From: Marinicella sp.
GTDB taxonomy: Bacteria > Pseudomonadota > Gammaproteobacteria > Xanthomonadales > Marinicellaceae
Length of the DNA: 64,000 nt
Assembly: GCA_965230295.1 (NCBI GenBank)
Contig: OZ246001.1
Location: 1,664,001 to 1,728,000, forward strand
Reading direction: 5' to 3'
Shown here: in pieces, positions 47,964 to 58,420 of the stretch
How the letters are laid out: every line of letters starts with the position of its first letter
Position numbering within the stretch: position 1 is the first letter of the stretch
Notes under the pieces: generated by a model
What the model was told of the DNA's origin: nothing
Seen by the model: the letters and a program-made list of their open reading frames with translations, nothing else
The model's database searches: none
Translations under genes and position numbers: made by a program

Positions 47964-49292
47964 CTAAACCTCGACGGTCGACCATTTCCTGCTTTGCCAC
48001 ATGTGGATCATGGCCCAAGTAAAGATCAACCGGTATACAATTTGACCGATCCAAATGGCTGTTAAACCCATACCTAAGTAGGGACCCACCAGCCAGGCCA
48101 TGGGTAAAAACAGCAACCATTGTAAGGCAAATGATATTTTCATGGTACTGGTGGTATCGCCCGCACCGTTGATGGTGTTGAACAACACTATTCCTATACA
48201 CTCCACACCCAAAGATATGGCCGCCAACTGCAAGGGCAAACGCGTGATTTCAATCACCGCGGTTTGATCGGTTAAAAACACTTTCAGGATCCAGTCAGGG
48301 AATAGCACCACTGGCAACATCAAAGTCGCCGCTGTGATACAAGCCAGTTTAACAGTGTCCCAACCCCACAAGTGTGCACCGGCCACATCCCTTCGACCTA
48401 AAGACTGGCCGACCAAAGTGGCGCCGCCCAAACCAAAACCCATGGCCGGTAACAGACCCACCAACATCAAATTGATGATGACATTGGCGCCTGCCAATTC
48501 ATCGGTGCCCACTTGGCCTATGATCCAGTACAAAGCTGCAAAACCTGCGGCAAAGAAAAACTGCTGAATCGAGGAGGGTAGTGACGTTTTGATCATTTGC
48601 ATGACCGTCGCCCTGGAGGGCAGGTTTTCCAAAAACCCATAACCTCTGGTGTGTTTCCAGGCACAATAAAAATAATAAAACACCGCCAATGTGATGGAAA
48701 TACTGGTGCCCAAGCCCGCACCATAGGTGCCCAAAGCCGGCATCCCCAATTTACCAAAAATCAACACATAGCTGATGGCTATGTTACTGGAATGGGCAAA
48801 CAACAACGCCTTCAAATAAACCTTTGTCATTTGGATGGCACTCCAATAGCCACGAAAACTGAAATGAACAGCCAATGAAATCAGCCCCAAAAACCGCGCT
48901 TGTAGATAAGGTGTGCCTTGTTCCATCACCAATGGATCTGGGTTGAACCATTCAATCAAATGTGGTGAGAGAAAATACAACAACAAGGTCATGGGAATGG
49001 CTGCCACCAAAATCAATAACAGCGCTGCATTCAAAGGATAAGCGGCTTGCGATTGTTTGTTTTCGCCTATGCGCCGAGAGACCATGGCTTGTACACCAGC
49101 ACTCAAGCCCAATAAAAAGGCCACACACATGTAATTCAAAAATCCACCCAAGCCCACTGCAGCCAAAGCCGGTGCGCCCAAACGACCCACCATGGCTGTG
49201 TCTACCAGGTTCAGGATGTTTTGTGACATCATGCCACCAATGATGGGTAAGGCCAAAGCCAAAATGGCTTTCGAGCGCTGTTTATTTAGCAT
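47964..49292 (-). CDS. MATE family efflux transporter
   Basis: LALP, DTAMVGRLG, IFGKLGMPALGTYGAG and GAGDT motifs; 12 TM helices. Confidence 0.93.
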   Translation of the reverse strand: MLNKQRSKAILALALPIIGGMMSQNILNLVDTAMVGRLGAPALAAVGLGGFLNYMCVAFLLGLSAGVQAMVSRRIGENKQSQAAYPLNAALLLILVAAIPMTLLLYFLSPHLIEWFNPDPLVMEQGTPYLQARFLGLISLAVHFSFRGYWSAIQMTKVYLKALLFAHSSNIAISYVLIFGKLGMPALGTYGAGLGTSISITLAVFYYFYCAWKHTRGYGFLENLPSRATVMQMIKTSLPSSIQQFFFAAGFAALYWIIGQVGTDELAGANVIINLMLVGLLPAMGFGLGGATLVGQSLGRRDVAGAHLWGWDTVKLACITAATLMLPVVLFPDWILKVFLTDQTAVIEITRLPLQLAAISLGVECIGIVLFNTINGAGDTTSTMKISFALQWLLFLPMAWLVGPYLGMGLTAIWIGQIVYRLIFTWAMIHMWQSRKWSTVEV

Positions 49293-49423
49293 GCGAGTAT
49301 ATTAACTTGGATGGGTCGGTGTTGGGCAATTTTTTAACACAAAAACAGTCACCAAAACTTCATTTTTATGTAACCGCTTTGTCATCCATAATTTTTAGAA
49401 TGTTGTGAATTTGGAATCCAATC

Positions 49424-50431
49424 ATGATACAGCAGCTGAGCGCAAATTCACCAGAGTACCAATTCAAGCTGAAGAATGAGATTAATTTTTATAAGCACGT
49501 TGATCAAGTTCACCATTTACCAGAAATATTTCATTATTGGTCAAACAAATACTTGTTACCAAAATTCTTGAAGCATGGTTTCAACAGCCCTGATGATTTT
49601 TTTCTTCAAGAAACAATTAACCACATCAATAAAAGCCCCACAACAAATCAGATCAATATCCTCAGTGTTGGTGCTGGCAATGGAGAATCTGAAATCTTTA
49701 TGGCTGAACATCTGTTACAACAGGGTATTACAAATTTCCGTATCACCTGTTTAGACATCAACCCTCATATGTTGAGCCGTTGCGAACACACGGCATCAGA
49801 ACGAAATATTTCACAACACATCCACACCACCTGTGCAGATTTTAATCATTGGCACTCTGATGATATTTATGATGTGGTTATAGCCAACCAATGTTTACAC
49901 CATGTATTAAAACTGGAACATTTGTTTTTTGCCATCCACTCATCACTGGATACCAGTGGGGTGTTTTTGGTTTCCGACATGATTGGCAGAAACGGACACA
50001 TGCGTTGGCCAGAAGCATTGCGGTTGTTACAACCTATTTGGAATGGTTTACCTGATCGATTGAAATACAACCAATTGATGCGTAGGTTTGAGCCAAATTA
50101 TATTAATCATGATTGTTCAGACACAGGTTTTGAGGGCATTCGTGCTCAAGACATCCTACCACTGTTGACCAAGCAGTTTAATTTTGATTTGTTTATTCCT
50201 TTTGCCAACTTGATTATGGTGTTGATTGATCGACCTTTTGGGCACAACTATGATCCTAATAAAGCATCTGATTTGGCCATCATTGATGAAGTACATGCCT
50301 TAGATGAAGCAGCCATTATAAGTGGGCAAATTAAACCCACACAAATGGTGGCTCGATTAAGCAAACAAGAAAAATCAACTTTGCTTAGTGATGATCGATT
50401 GACTCCTTCTTTTTGCATAAGAGTGCCATAA
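49424..50431 (+). CDS. class I SAM-dependent methyltransferase
   Basis: ILSVGAGNG, CLDIN, ADFN and NQCLHHV motifs. Confidence 0.85.
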   Translation: MIQQLSANSPEYQFKLKNEINFYKHVDQVHHLPEIFHYWSNKYLLPKFLKHGFNSPDDFFLQETINHINKSPTTNQINILSVGAGNGESEIFMAEHLLQQGITNFRITCLDINPHMLSRCEHTASERNISQHIHTTCADFNHWHSDDIYDVVIANQCLHHVLKLEHLFFAIHSSLDTSGVFLVSDMIGRNGHMRWPEALRLLQPIWNGLPDRLKYNQLMRRFEPNYINHDCSDTGFEGIRAQDILPLLTKQFNFDLFIPFANLIMVLIDRPFGHNYDPNKASDLAIIDEVHALDEAAIISGQIKPTQMVARLSKQEKSTLLSDDRLTPSFCIRVP

Positions 50432-50432
50432 A

Positions 50433-50455
50433 AAACGCCACAGGAAGTGGCGTTT
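50433..50455. terminator. terminator hairpin between convergent genes
   Basis: AAACGCCAC-AGGAA-GTGGCGTTT with an upstream A-run. Confidence 0.7.
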
Positions 50456-50486
50456 GGGGATTCAAGGGGTTTGTTGATCAGTCATG

Positions 50487-50810
50487 TTAATCACCACGGT
50501 CTTCTTTGAATCGTTTGCGCTTCATTTTTTTGTGGTGGTGGCGCAACTGTGCATGCTGTTTTCGGTGGGCTTCCATGGATTCGAATTGTTTCATTTGATC
50601 TGCAGTTAAAAATTCAGCCATTTGCGCTTTGCTGTCGGCCATGATTTCTTTGCGAGCGGCTTGTAAGCGTTCATCGGTGGCTTGTTCAAGTGCTTGCATT
50701 TGTTGTTTTTGCTCTTCAGTTAAATTCAACGGATTGTTTCTTCCGTCTACAGGGCCTGCCACGGCAGAACCTGACAAAACCAACATTAAAATTAAGTACA
50801 TTGTTTTCAT
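50487..50810 (-). CDS. Spy/CpxP-like periplasmic protein (LTxxQ motifs)
   Basis: Signal peptide; LTEEQ and LTADQ motifs; AGGAG RBS; adjacent to BaeSR. Confidence 0.75.
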   Translation of the reverse strand: MKTMYLILMLVLSGSAVAGPVDGRNNPLNLTEEQKQQMQALEQATDERLQAARKEIMADSKAQMAEFLTADQMKQFESMEAHRKQHAQLRHHHKKMKRKRFKEDRGD

Positions 50811-50885
50811 GTGTGCTCCTGTTGTTAAAGAATGAACATCAGTTTAGGTCACAACCTTGCAAGGAATATGAAAACAATGAGGAAG

Positions 50886-51554
50886 TCAGGTTTTATCAAC
50901 AAACCGATAGCCACAACCATAAACTGCTTGGATGTAGTCATGTTCGTCGAGTTGTTTGAGTTTTTGCCTGATCTTTTTGATGTGGCTGTCGATGGTTCGA
51001 TCAGCGACGATGCGACCATCTTCATAAACCGCATCCATCAATTGGTCGCGATTAAAAATCCGTGTCGGTTGAGAATACAGTTTATTCAACAAGTTGAACT
51101 CAACAGCGGTTAACTCGATGTTTTGTTGGCCCATTTTAACCAACAACTGGTGGGCATCAAGTTGTAGAGAGCAGAGTTGTTTGTCTGGTTTTCGGTTGCG
51201 CAATTGAACCCGAACACGGGCCACCAACTCCCTCGGGCTGTAGGGTTTACAGACATAATCATTGGCGCCTATTTCAAGCCCCAGAATGCGGTCAATTTCT
51301 GCCACTTTCGCGGTGGTCATGATGATTGGCACTTCACTGAATTTTCTGATTTCTCGACAAATATCAACCCCATTATTCTCTGGCAACATCAGATCCAGTA
51401 AGACCACATCAACCGGGTTTCGTTGAATGCTTTCAACCACCCCGGCACCGGTGAGGTTGATGCTGACCTGGTGACCTTCAAGAGTCAGGTAATCTCGCAT
51501 CAATTCTGCCAGGTTCTGTTGATCTTCTACAATTAATATATGGCTTTCAGACAT
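50886..51554 (-). CDS. baeR: OmpR-family response regulator, BaeR-like
   Basis: LDLMLP, DYVCKPYSPRELVARV and DRTIDSHIKKIR motifs. Confidence 0.85.
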   Translation of the reverse strand: MSESHILIVEDQQNLAELMRDYLTLEGHQVSINLTGAGVVESIQRNPVDVVLLDLMLPENNGVDICREIRKFSEVPIIMTTAKVAEIDRILGLEIGANDYVCKPYSPRELVARVRVQLRNRKPDKQLCSLQLDAHQLLVKMGQQNIELTAVEFNLLNKLYSQPTRIFNRDQLMDAVYEDGRIVADRTIDSHIKKIRQKLKQLDEHDYIQAVYGCGYRFVDKT

Positions 51555-53022
51555 GTTTAGGAATCCTCACCGTCATGTTGATACCGCCCAACTTTGAGGC
51601 TTCAGCGACAATGCTGCCATGGTGTGCTTCAACGATGTTTTTTACTATGGCCAAGCCCAAACCCGAGCCACCTGAGTTTTTATTTCGTGACCGTTCTTGG
51701 CGATACAATCGATCAAACATTTGGCTGATCTCATGCGGTAACAAACCAGGTGCACTGTCCGCCAAACTGATGATGTACTCATTTTGTTTTGTATCAAATG
51801 TGACTGATAATTCAATCTCACCACCTGCATCAGTATAGGCAATGGCGTTGTCCAATAAATTCATCATCAACTGTTGCAATCTGATCGGATCTCCCAACAC
51901 GATTTTCGGTTCTTTTGTATGATCAATATAACGGAAAGACAGGTTTTTCTCTGTCAAAGCCAACTGTTGAGAATCTTGAACCGTTTGTAACACGGCGTCC
52001 AGATTCGTTGCCTGCATCTGATATTGCATGCTGCCTAAATCAGCTACACTCAACTGGTGTAAATCGCGGATCAACCGACCCAGTGCTGTAATTTGGTGGT
52101 GCAACAATGCCAAGTTCTTTTTATCTGCTTGGTGGATTCCATCTTGAATGGCTTCAATTTGTGCCTGTAACACCGCCACAGGGGTGCGTAAGTCATGGGC
52201 AATGTCTGCCATCATTTTCTTCTGCACCTCGGCATTGGAAGCCAAAGTACTGGTCAACAAATTAAAGTTTTGACCCAACTGCCCCAGTTCATCATTGCGG
52301 TTGATGTGGGTGCGGATCGAATAATCGCCTCCGGCGGCTTTTTGGGTGGCTTGATTCAAAGCTTTGATCGGCCGTGTAAAGTACCTGGCCACAGGTACAG
52401 TAAATAACAAAGCGACCAAGATCATCACAGCGGCTATCATGACCAGCAGCTTGATGAAGGTGGCGTTGAATTGTTTGTCCTGTTTGCGATCCATCTTTGG
52501 TGACTGATCAAACACCACATAGCCCACCACCTGACCCTGATATTCAAGCCGCACTTTTTTGGTGCCTGAATCATCCCAAGCGGTGGGCCCAATAACCAGT
52601 TCTTGTTGTTGGTCAAACAAGGAGTAGGTCGGCAACACCCTGGATAACTCAGGGTTGTTCAACCTGGGTTTTCCCGGTTTGTGATCTCTGGGCGGGGGGC
52701 GGTGTTTCATTCTGCCACGTGGCGGTTTTTTGGTTTGATGGCCCTGTGGTCTTCCGGCACCAGAATCACTGGCACTGATAAAGATCAATTCGTGCCAAGC
52801 CCTGGGATCATCGATAAACTGTTGCCAAGATTGATTCTCAGCATAGTGGTTTTCCAAGGCCATTACCATGCGATCATTCAAGTCCTTAGCCAAGGATTTT
52901 TTGTACGCCGTAAAGCCTTGTTTAAAACCAAATTGCATCAACAAAGCCATACTGATCACCACCACACAGGTAATGGTCAATAACAAGATCAGAATTTTGC
53001 TTTTGATTGAGGTAAAGGCCAT
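51547..53022 (-). CDS. baeS: sensor histidine kinase, BaeS-like
   Basis: 2 TM helices, HAMP domain, ADIAHDLRTP, NAIAYTD, DSAPG and GSGLGL motifs. Confidence 0.85.
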   Translation of the reverse strand: MAFTSIKSKILILLLTITCVVVISMALLMQFGFKQGFTAYKKSLAKDLNDRMVMALENHYAENQSWQQFIDDPRAWHELIFISASDSGAGRPQGHQTKKPPRGRMKHRPPPRDHKPGKPRLNNPELSRVLPTYSLFDQQQELVIGPTAWDDSGTKKVRLEYQGQVVGYVVFDQSPKMDRKQDKQFNATFIKLLVMIAAVMILVALLFTVPVARYFTRPIKALNQATQKAAGGDYSIRTHINRNDELGQLGQNFNLLTSTLASNAEVQKKMMADIAHDLRTPVAVLQAQIEAIQDGIHQADKKNLALLHHQITALGRLIRDLHQLSVADLGSMQYQMQATNLDAVLQTVQDSQQLALTEKNLSFRYIDHTKEPKIVLGDPIRLQQLMMNLLDNAIAYTDAGGEIELSVTFDTKQNEYIISLADSAPGLLPHEISQMFDRLYRQERSRNKNSGGSGLGLAIVKNIVEAHHGSIVAEASKLGGINMTVRIPKHV

Positions 53023-53088
53023 GGCCTCATCTTACACAGAAATATGCAAGAAAAAAGAAAGTAGGCCATATCTTGAAGCAATACTTGC

Positions 53089-54402
53089 TTATTTACCAAT
53101 ACAAAAACTGGAGAAAATTTCGCCCAATAAATCATCCGAAGAGAAATCTCCAGTGATTTCGTTGAGTGACTGCTGTGCCAAGCGCAATTCTTCTGCAGAC
53201 AGCTCACCCTGATTCAGGTGTAACTGTTGTTCTGCTGCATCGATGTGGGTTTGGGTGATTTTCAGTTGTTCAATGTGTCGTTGACGGGCCGTGAAGCTGT
53301 TTTCATTCAGCCCTCCTGAAGTGACTTGGTCGATGATCGCTTGTCTGATTGTGCCTATACCCTGGTTTTGTTTGGCCGATACCACCAAAGCCCCTTTGAC
53401 TGGTGACCTGTCGGTCAGATCTGCCTTATTAACGATGTTGATTTGATTCTCAGCCTGGGTCATTTCATTTGGATCGAACTGACTGCCATCCCAGACATGC
53501 AACACCACATCGGCCTGTTGTTTGACTTGCAAAGCCCGTTGAATACCTTGTTGCTCAATCGGATTGTCTGTTTCATGGATGCCCGCCGTATCAATCAACC
53601 TGACTGGAATTCCTGCTATCACCACATCTTCTTTGACCACATCGCGGGTGGTTCCGGCCACCTCTGAAATGATGGCAGTGTCTTCTTCGGTCAAGCGGTT
53701 TAATAATGATGATTTTCCGGCGTTGGGTTTGCCGATGATGGCAATGCTGATGCCCTGGCTCAAAACCACCCCTGTTTGGGTTTTTCTCAAGGTGTTTTGC
53801 ATGTTTCGGTTGAGGCTAGATAATTGTTGTCTTAAACCTTCATCAGATAAAAAATCGATTTCTTCCTCTGGGAAGTCGATGGCCGATTCCACCCATACAC
53901 GGGTTTCAATCAATAATTGCAGGATGTTGTTGATGTGGTTCGAAAAAGCCCCTTGCAAGGATCGCTGTGATGCCAACACCGCTTGTTCTGAGCCACTGGC
54001 TATCACATCTGCAATCGCTTCAGCTTGAACCAAATCTATTTTTTCATTGAGAAATGCCCGTTCTGAAAACTCACCCGGTCTGGCCATCCTGGCACCCAAA
54101 GCAATCACTTCTTTGAGCAACATGTTCATGACCACCATCCCACCATGGCCTTGGAGTTCAATCACATCTTCACCAGTGAACGAAGCCGGCGCTTGGAAGA
54201 ACAGCAACAAACCCGAATCAATGATTTGTGCTTGTCGATTTTTAAAGGTCGCGAAATGGGCTGTTCTGATTTTAAGGTCAGACAGGCCGCTGACTTTATG
54301 GGCAATGCTCAGGGCTTGGGGGCCTGAAATGCGAATGATGCCAACACCACCGCTGCCAGCCGGTGTGGCTATGGCAGCGATGGTGTCAGTGAATGTGTTC
54401 AT
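53089..54402 (-). CDS. mnmE: tRNA modification GTPase MnmE
   Basis: DTIAAIATP, SFTGEDV, GKPNAGKSS, DTAG and FCIGK motifs. Confidence 0.98.
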   Translation of the reverse strand: MNTFTDTIAAIATPAGSGGVGIIRISGPQALSIAHKVSGLSDLKIRTAHFATFKNRQAQIIDSGLLLFFQAPASFTGEDVIELQGHGGMVVMNMLLKEVIALGARMARPGEFSERAFLNEKIDLVQAEAIADVIASGSEQAVLASQRSLQGAFSNHINNILQLLIETRVWVESAIDFPEEEIDFLSDEGLRQQLSSLNRNMQNTLRKTQTGVVLSQGISIAIIGKPNAGKSSLLNRLTEEDTAIISEVAGTTRDVVKEDVVIAGIPVRLIDTAGIHETDNPIEQQGIQRALQVKQQADVVLHVWDGSQFDPNEMTQAENQINIVNKADLTDRSPVKGALVVSAKQNQGIGTIRQAIIDQVTSGGLNENSFTARQRHIEQLKITQTHIDAAEQQLHLNQGELSAEELRLAQQSLNEITGDFSSDDLLGEIFSSFCIGK

Positions 54403-54417
54403 GAATAGTCGGGGTGA

Positions 54418-56124
54418 TTAAGCCGCCGTTTTTTCATCTTGTGCTTCAATGCGTTTGGTGATCACCCACTGTTGTGCCAATGACAACACTGAGTTCACTG
54501 CCCAATACAAGACCAGACCTGACTGGAAGAAGGCAAACATGATTGAAAAAGCCACAGGCATCCATTTCATGATTTTTTGTTGCATGGGATCCATGCCTGG
54601 GGTGGGTGATAACCTCTGGGTCATGATCATGGCCACGGCATTGATGGCTGGTAATATGAAGTAGGGGTCAGGTGATGACAAATCCTGAATCCACAACATA
54701 AAGGGTGCCTGGCGCAATTCTACTGACTCCAACAACACCCAATATAAAGCAATGAACACGGGTATTTGAATCAAAATAGGTAAACAACCACCCAGTGGAT
54801 TGACCTTCTCTTTCTGATACAAGCCCATCATTTCTTGATTGAATTTTTGTTTGTCGTCTTTATAACGCTCTTTCAAAACCGTGATCCTGGGTTGTAATTT
54901 ACGCATCCGTGCCATTGATTTGTATTGCGCTTCTGATAATTTAAAGAACAACAGTTTGATCAAGATGGTCAACAACACAATCGACCAACCCCAGTTTCCA
55001 ACAAACCCATGGATTTTTTCCAACACCCAAAACAAAGGTTTTGAAATGGCCGTGAAAACACCATAATCGACTGTTAAATCCAAACCTCTGGCAATGGCCG
55101 GTAATTCTTTTTGTAATTTCGGACCCACATACCAGGTTGAATCAAACGTCTCTGTGCTGCCTGCTCGAACTGTCTTGTTATTGGTGACAATTCTGGCCAT
55201 ATAAGGATGACTGCTGTTGGGTCGGTATTTGGCCTCCATTTTAGACAGTTCTGTGGTAGGAATCACCGCTGCAAAAAAGTAATGTTGAACCATCGCAACC
55301 CAGTTTTCAGGGCCCAGATTCAATACTGTAGTTTCATCTTGTAAATCATCAAAACTGCGGGTGTCATAACCTTCTTCAGCATCAAAAAAACCAACCCCTT
55401 TGAAAGAATAACGACCTGCATCAGTGAATGACGGGTCATTGCCCAACCAAGGGTTGTTTCTCATCAATTGTTGATATTCTGAAGTGTTCCAATCCTGAGA
55501 AGTGTTGTTGGTGAGCTTTTGGGTCACCTTGATGGCATAACTTTCAGGGTCAATTTGGTAGGTTTTAACCAAAGTGCCTTCTGGTTTTTGATGGGTAAAA
55601 ACCACTTCGGTCACGGCATCATTGACCGCTACATATGAGGTGTTGGCGCTGAAGGTGTCATTGTGGGTAAAGTTTACATTTTGTGAAACCAAACCAGAAT
55701 CTATTTTAAATCGGTTGTCTCGGTAATCCATCAAAACAACATGCTGTGAAGATTGACCCTTCTCGACAGGGTATTTTTTCAGTTCAGCATAAACCAAAGC
55801 GGCACCTTTGGCTGCAAATTCCAATTTCAACAGTGGGGTTTCAACCCTTGAAATGATGTTGATGTTGCCTTTTGATTCGGTCACCACAGGTACATCTGTA
55901 TTGTTGTTATTGAGTGGTTGCGGAATGTCTTCATCCACAACATTTTGAACCGCTGGGATGTCATCTTCAGGTATGGCGTTTATTGTGTTGTTATCAGAGA
56001 CTGATTGGCTGTTGGTGGTGGAAGTATCAACAACAGGAGTTGGGGCGTAATCCTTTTGCCACTGGGTGTACAACATAAAACCCAAAAACATCAGAGTGAT
56101 TAAATATAAATTTTTATTGTTCAT
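54418..56124 (-). CDS. yidC: membrane protein insertase YidC
   Basis: VDYG, NWGWSI, NPLGGCLP, WIQDLSSPDP and GLVLYW motifs; ATG 56124 overlaps the rnpA stop. Confidence 0.97.
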   Translation of the reverse strand: MNNKNLYLITLMFLGFMLYTQWQKDYAPTPVVDTSTTNSQSVSDNNTINAIPEDDIPAVQNVVDEDIPQPLNNNNTDVPVVTESKGNINIISRVETPLLKLEFAAKGAALVYAELKKYPVEKGQSSQHVVLMDYRDNRFKIDSGLVSQNVNFTHNDTFSANTSYVAVNDAVTEVVFTHQKPEGTLVKTYQIDPESYAIKVTQKLTNNTSQDWNTSEYQQLMRNNPWLGNDPSFTDAGRYSFKGVGFFDAEEGYDTRSFDDLQDETTVLNLGPENWVAMVQHYFFAAVIPTTELSKMEAKYRPNSSHPYMARIVTNNKTVRAGSTETFDSTWYVGPKLQKELPAIARGLDLTVDYGVFTAISKPLFWVLEKIHGFVGNWGWSIVLLTILIKLLFFKLSEAQYKSMARMRKLQPRITVLKERYKDDKQKFNQEMMGLYQKEKVNPLGGCLPILIQIPVFIALYWVLLESVELRQAPFMLWIQDLSSPDPYFILPAINAVAMIMTQRLSPTPGMDPMQQKIMKWMPVAFSIMFAFFQSGLVLYWAVNSVLSLAQQWVITKRIEAQDEKTAA

Positions 56125-56480
56125 TCTTTTTTCTCTGTTTGTGACCACAATTGATTCATCAAGGTCAGGAGTTCAGTATTGCTTAAGCTGGGAGCTGTGG
56201 TTTTGGCCAACACCACATAATCCGCTGTTTTTAAATGATGTTGTCTTCGAAAGGATTCTCTGACAATGCGTTTGATTCGATTTCTTTGTACGGCGGTTTT
56301 ATGAACTTTTTTAGAAACCACCATTCCCAATCTCTTATTAACCAAAGTATCATTAGTGGGGTCATTGGTGTAATGAATCAACAGCGTGAACGCTTTATTT
56401 TGAATTCTTTTTGACCTACTAAAAACCCGACTGTAATCGAGTCGGGTTAATAATCTTTTGCCTTTTGGGAATTGTTCCAA
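56121..56480 (-). CDS. rnpA: ribonuclease P protein component
   Basis: RLGMVVSKK and AVQRNRIKR...RESFR motifs; conserved position. Confidence 0.95.
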   Translation of the reverse strand: MEQFPKGKRLLTRLDYSRVFSRSKRIQNKAFTLLIHYTNDPTNDTLVNKRLGMVVSKKVHKTAVQRNRIKRIVRESFRRQHHLKTADYVVLAKTTAPSLSNTELLTLMNQLWSQTEKKE

Positions 56481-56517
56481 GGCACACCTTTAGCTATACG
56501 ATCTGTCGTTGATCGAA

Positions 56518-56652
56518 TTATGCAGCCAGTCTTTTTCTGCCTTTGGCACGTCTGGCATTGATGACGGCACGACCACCAGCTGTTTTCATGCGTGCTCTGA
56601 ACCCATGGGTTCTGGCTCTTTTCAAGTTACTTGGTTGAAATGTTCTTTTCAT
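56518..56652 (-). CDS. rpmH: 50S ribosomal protein L34
   Basis: Manual translation: [44 protein letters not shown] (44 aa, below the ORF track cutoff). Confidence 0.98.
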   Translation of the reverse strand: MKRTFQPSNLKRARTHGFRARMKTAGGRAVINARRAKGRKRLAA

Positions 56653-56951
56653 GATTGTTTACCTGTTTTCTTTAACGCGTTCGACGTGCTTCATGCACGC
56701 CTATAAAAAGGCCGTGCATCATACTGTTTTTTTATTGTTTTTTCAAGCCTTTTTTGGATTGTTGTGCAAGCACCTCAATTCCCTTGCTTTGAATTTAATC
56801 GAATACCCGATCATTCTTCGATATTGGGCCACCTGACTTGAAACACGAAGGGGGTTATTTTACCTTGGTTTTCCCCCAGTTTACTATGGGCTTGGGGTTA
56901 TTTTCTTGTTATACTTAAGCGTTTTTTTACGGGTCTTTGAAAATATATATT

Positions 56952-58247
56952 ATGTGGGAACATTGTCTTAAAAGACTGGAATCAGAAATACCCAAAAATG
57001 ACATATTGTTATGGATTCGCCCACTTGAAGTCACCGTTACCCAACAACAGGTTCAGCTCTTTGCCGCCAACGATGTGGTGCTTAATAAAGTCAAGGGACA
57101 ATACTATAAGCTGATCCAGGCGGCCATCAAAGAAGTTTTTGGCGACCCATTTTCTGCCAGTTTACAATTACAAAAATCAAAAATAGAAGTGGTGGGAGAG
57201 CAAGAAGAAACCGCCAAAGCAAAAATAGCTTCAAACCTGGATCCGAGATTCGAGTTTGATAATTTTATTGAAGGGCGATCAAACACCATCGCCTTGGCAG
57301 CCGCATTACAAACCGCACAAACACCTAATCCTGAATTCAACCCCTTGCTACTGTATGGCAGTACCGGATTGGGTAAGACGCATTTGATGCATGCCATTGG
57401 CAATGAGATTGTTAAAAACAACCCTGATGAAGTGGTGTGTTATTTACATTCAGAAATTTATGTGAATGAAATGGTCAAAGCGATCCAACAAAAAGCCATG
57501 GAATCGTTCAAACAAAAGTACCGTTCGGTCACCACATTATTGATCGATGACATTCAGTTTTTTGCCCGCAAAGAGCGGACCCAGGAAGAATTTTTTCACA
57601 CCTTTAATTACCTGCTTGAAGGACAAAAAAGGGTGATCATCACTTGTGATCGATACCCCAAAGAAGTCAATGGTTTGGAATCCAGATTAAAGTCAAGGTT
57701 GGGTTGGGGGATAGTGGTTCCCATCGATCCACCAGACTACGAAACCCGAGTTGCCATTTTGAAAGAAAAAGCCATACAATTCGGTTTTTCACTGACTGAT
57801 GAAGTTGCTTTTTACATTGCCAAACAATTAAACTCAAACATCAGAGAGTTGGAAGGCGCACTGAGTACTCTGAAAGCCAACGCCTTTTTTACTGGAAAAG
57901 TGATTGATTTAGATTATACCAAACAGATCCTCAAGGAGTTGTTTAAAGTGAATCACCAAATTGTTTCAGTAGAAAATATCCAAAAAACCACTGCACAATA
58001 TTACAATGTTAAATTATCTGAGTTGTTGGGTAAAAGTCGTAAAAGATCCATTGTTCGTCCCAGACAGCTGGCAATGTATTTAGCCAAGGATTTAACCGAT
58101 AAAAGCTATCCAGAAATTGGAGAGTTATTCGGGGGACGTGATCACACAACAGTGTTACATGCCTACCGGAAAATAAGTGAATTGTTGTCTGAAAATAATG
58201 ACTTGGATGAAGACCGACAAAAAATTGTGAATAAGTTAACGGAATGA
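56952..58247 (+). CDS. dnaA: chromosomal replication initiator DnaA
   Basis: NPLLLYGSTGLGKTHL, LLIDDIQF, NIRELEG and GGRDHTTVLHA motifs; TTG 56937 is an alternative start. Confidence 0.98.
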   Translation: MWEHCLKRLESEIPKNDILLWIRPLEVTVTQQQVQLFAANDVVLNKVKGQYYKLIQAAIKEVFGDPFSASLQLQKSKIEVVGEQEETAKAKIASNLDPRFEFDNFIEGRSNTIALAAALQTAQTPNPEFNPLLLYGSTGLGKTHLMHAIGNEIVKNNPDEVVCYLHSEIYVNEMVKAIQQKAMESFKQKYRSVTTLLIDDIQFFARKERTQEEFFHTFNYLLEGQKRVIITCDRYPKEVNGLESRLKSRLGWGIVVPIDPPDYETRVAILKEKAIQFGFSLTDEVAFYIAKQLNSNIRELEGALSTLKANAFFTGKVIDLDYTKQILKELFKVNHQIVSVENIQKTTAQYYNVKLSELLGKSRKRSIVRPRQLAMYLAKDLTDKSYPEIGELFGGRDHTTVLHAYRKISELLSENNDLDEDRQKIVNKLTE

Positions 58248-58420
58248 TTGTTAACAAGTTGTGGATAAGTTGTGAAATAACACATGCGTTAATTTCTTCA
58301 ACAAGTTATCCACAGGAATAACAACAATGTTTGATAAAAAATGTTTATTAAAATCAATAACTTACATAAATATTCAGTTTTTTATTAAACACTATAATAA
58401 CTATTTTTATATATAATACT
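58226..58420. other. replication origin oriC (dnaA-dnaN intergenic)
   Basis: DnaA boxes TGTGAATAA 58226-58234, TGTGGATAA 58260-58268 and TTATCCACA 58306-58314; IHF consensus AATCAATAACTTA 58352-58364; very AT-rich 58365-58420. Confidence 0.85.

Noticed and set aside
56100-56130. Absence of yidD between rnpA and yidC
   Set aside because: Real (the genes overlap by 4 nt), but yidD loss from this cluster is not rare, so it is not treated as novel.
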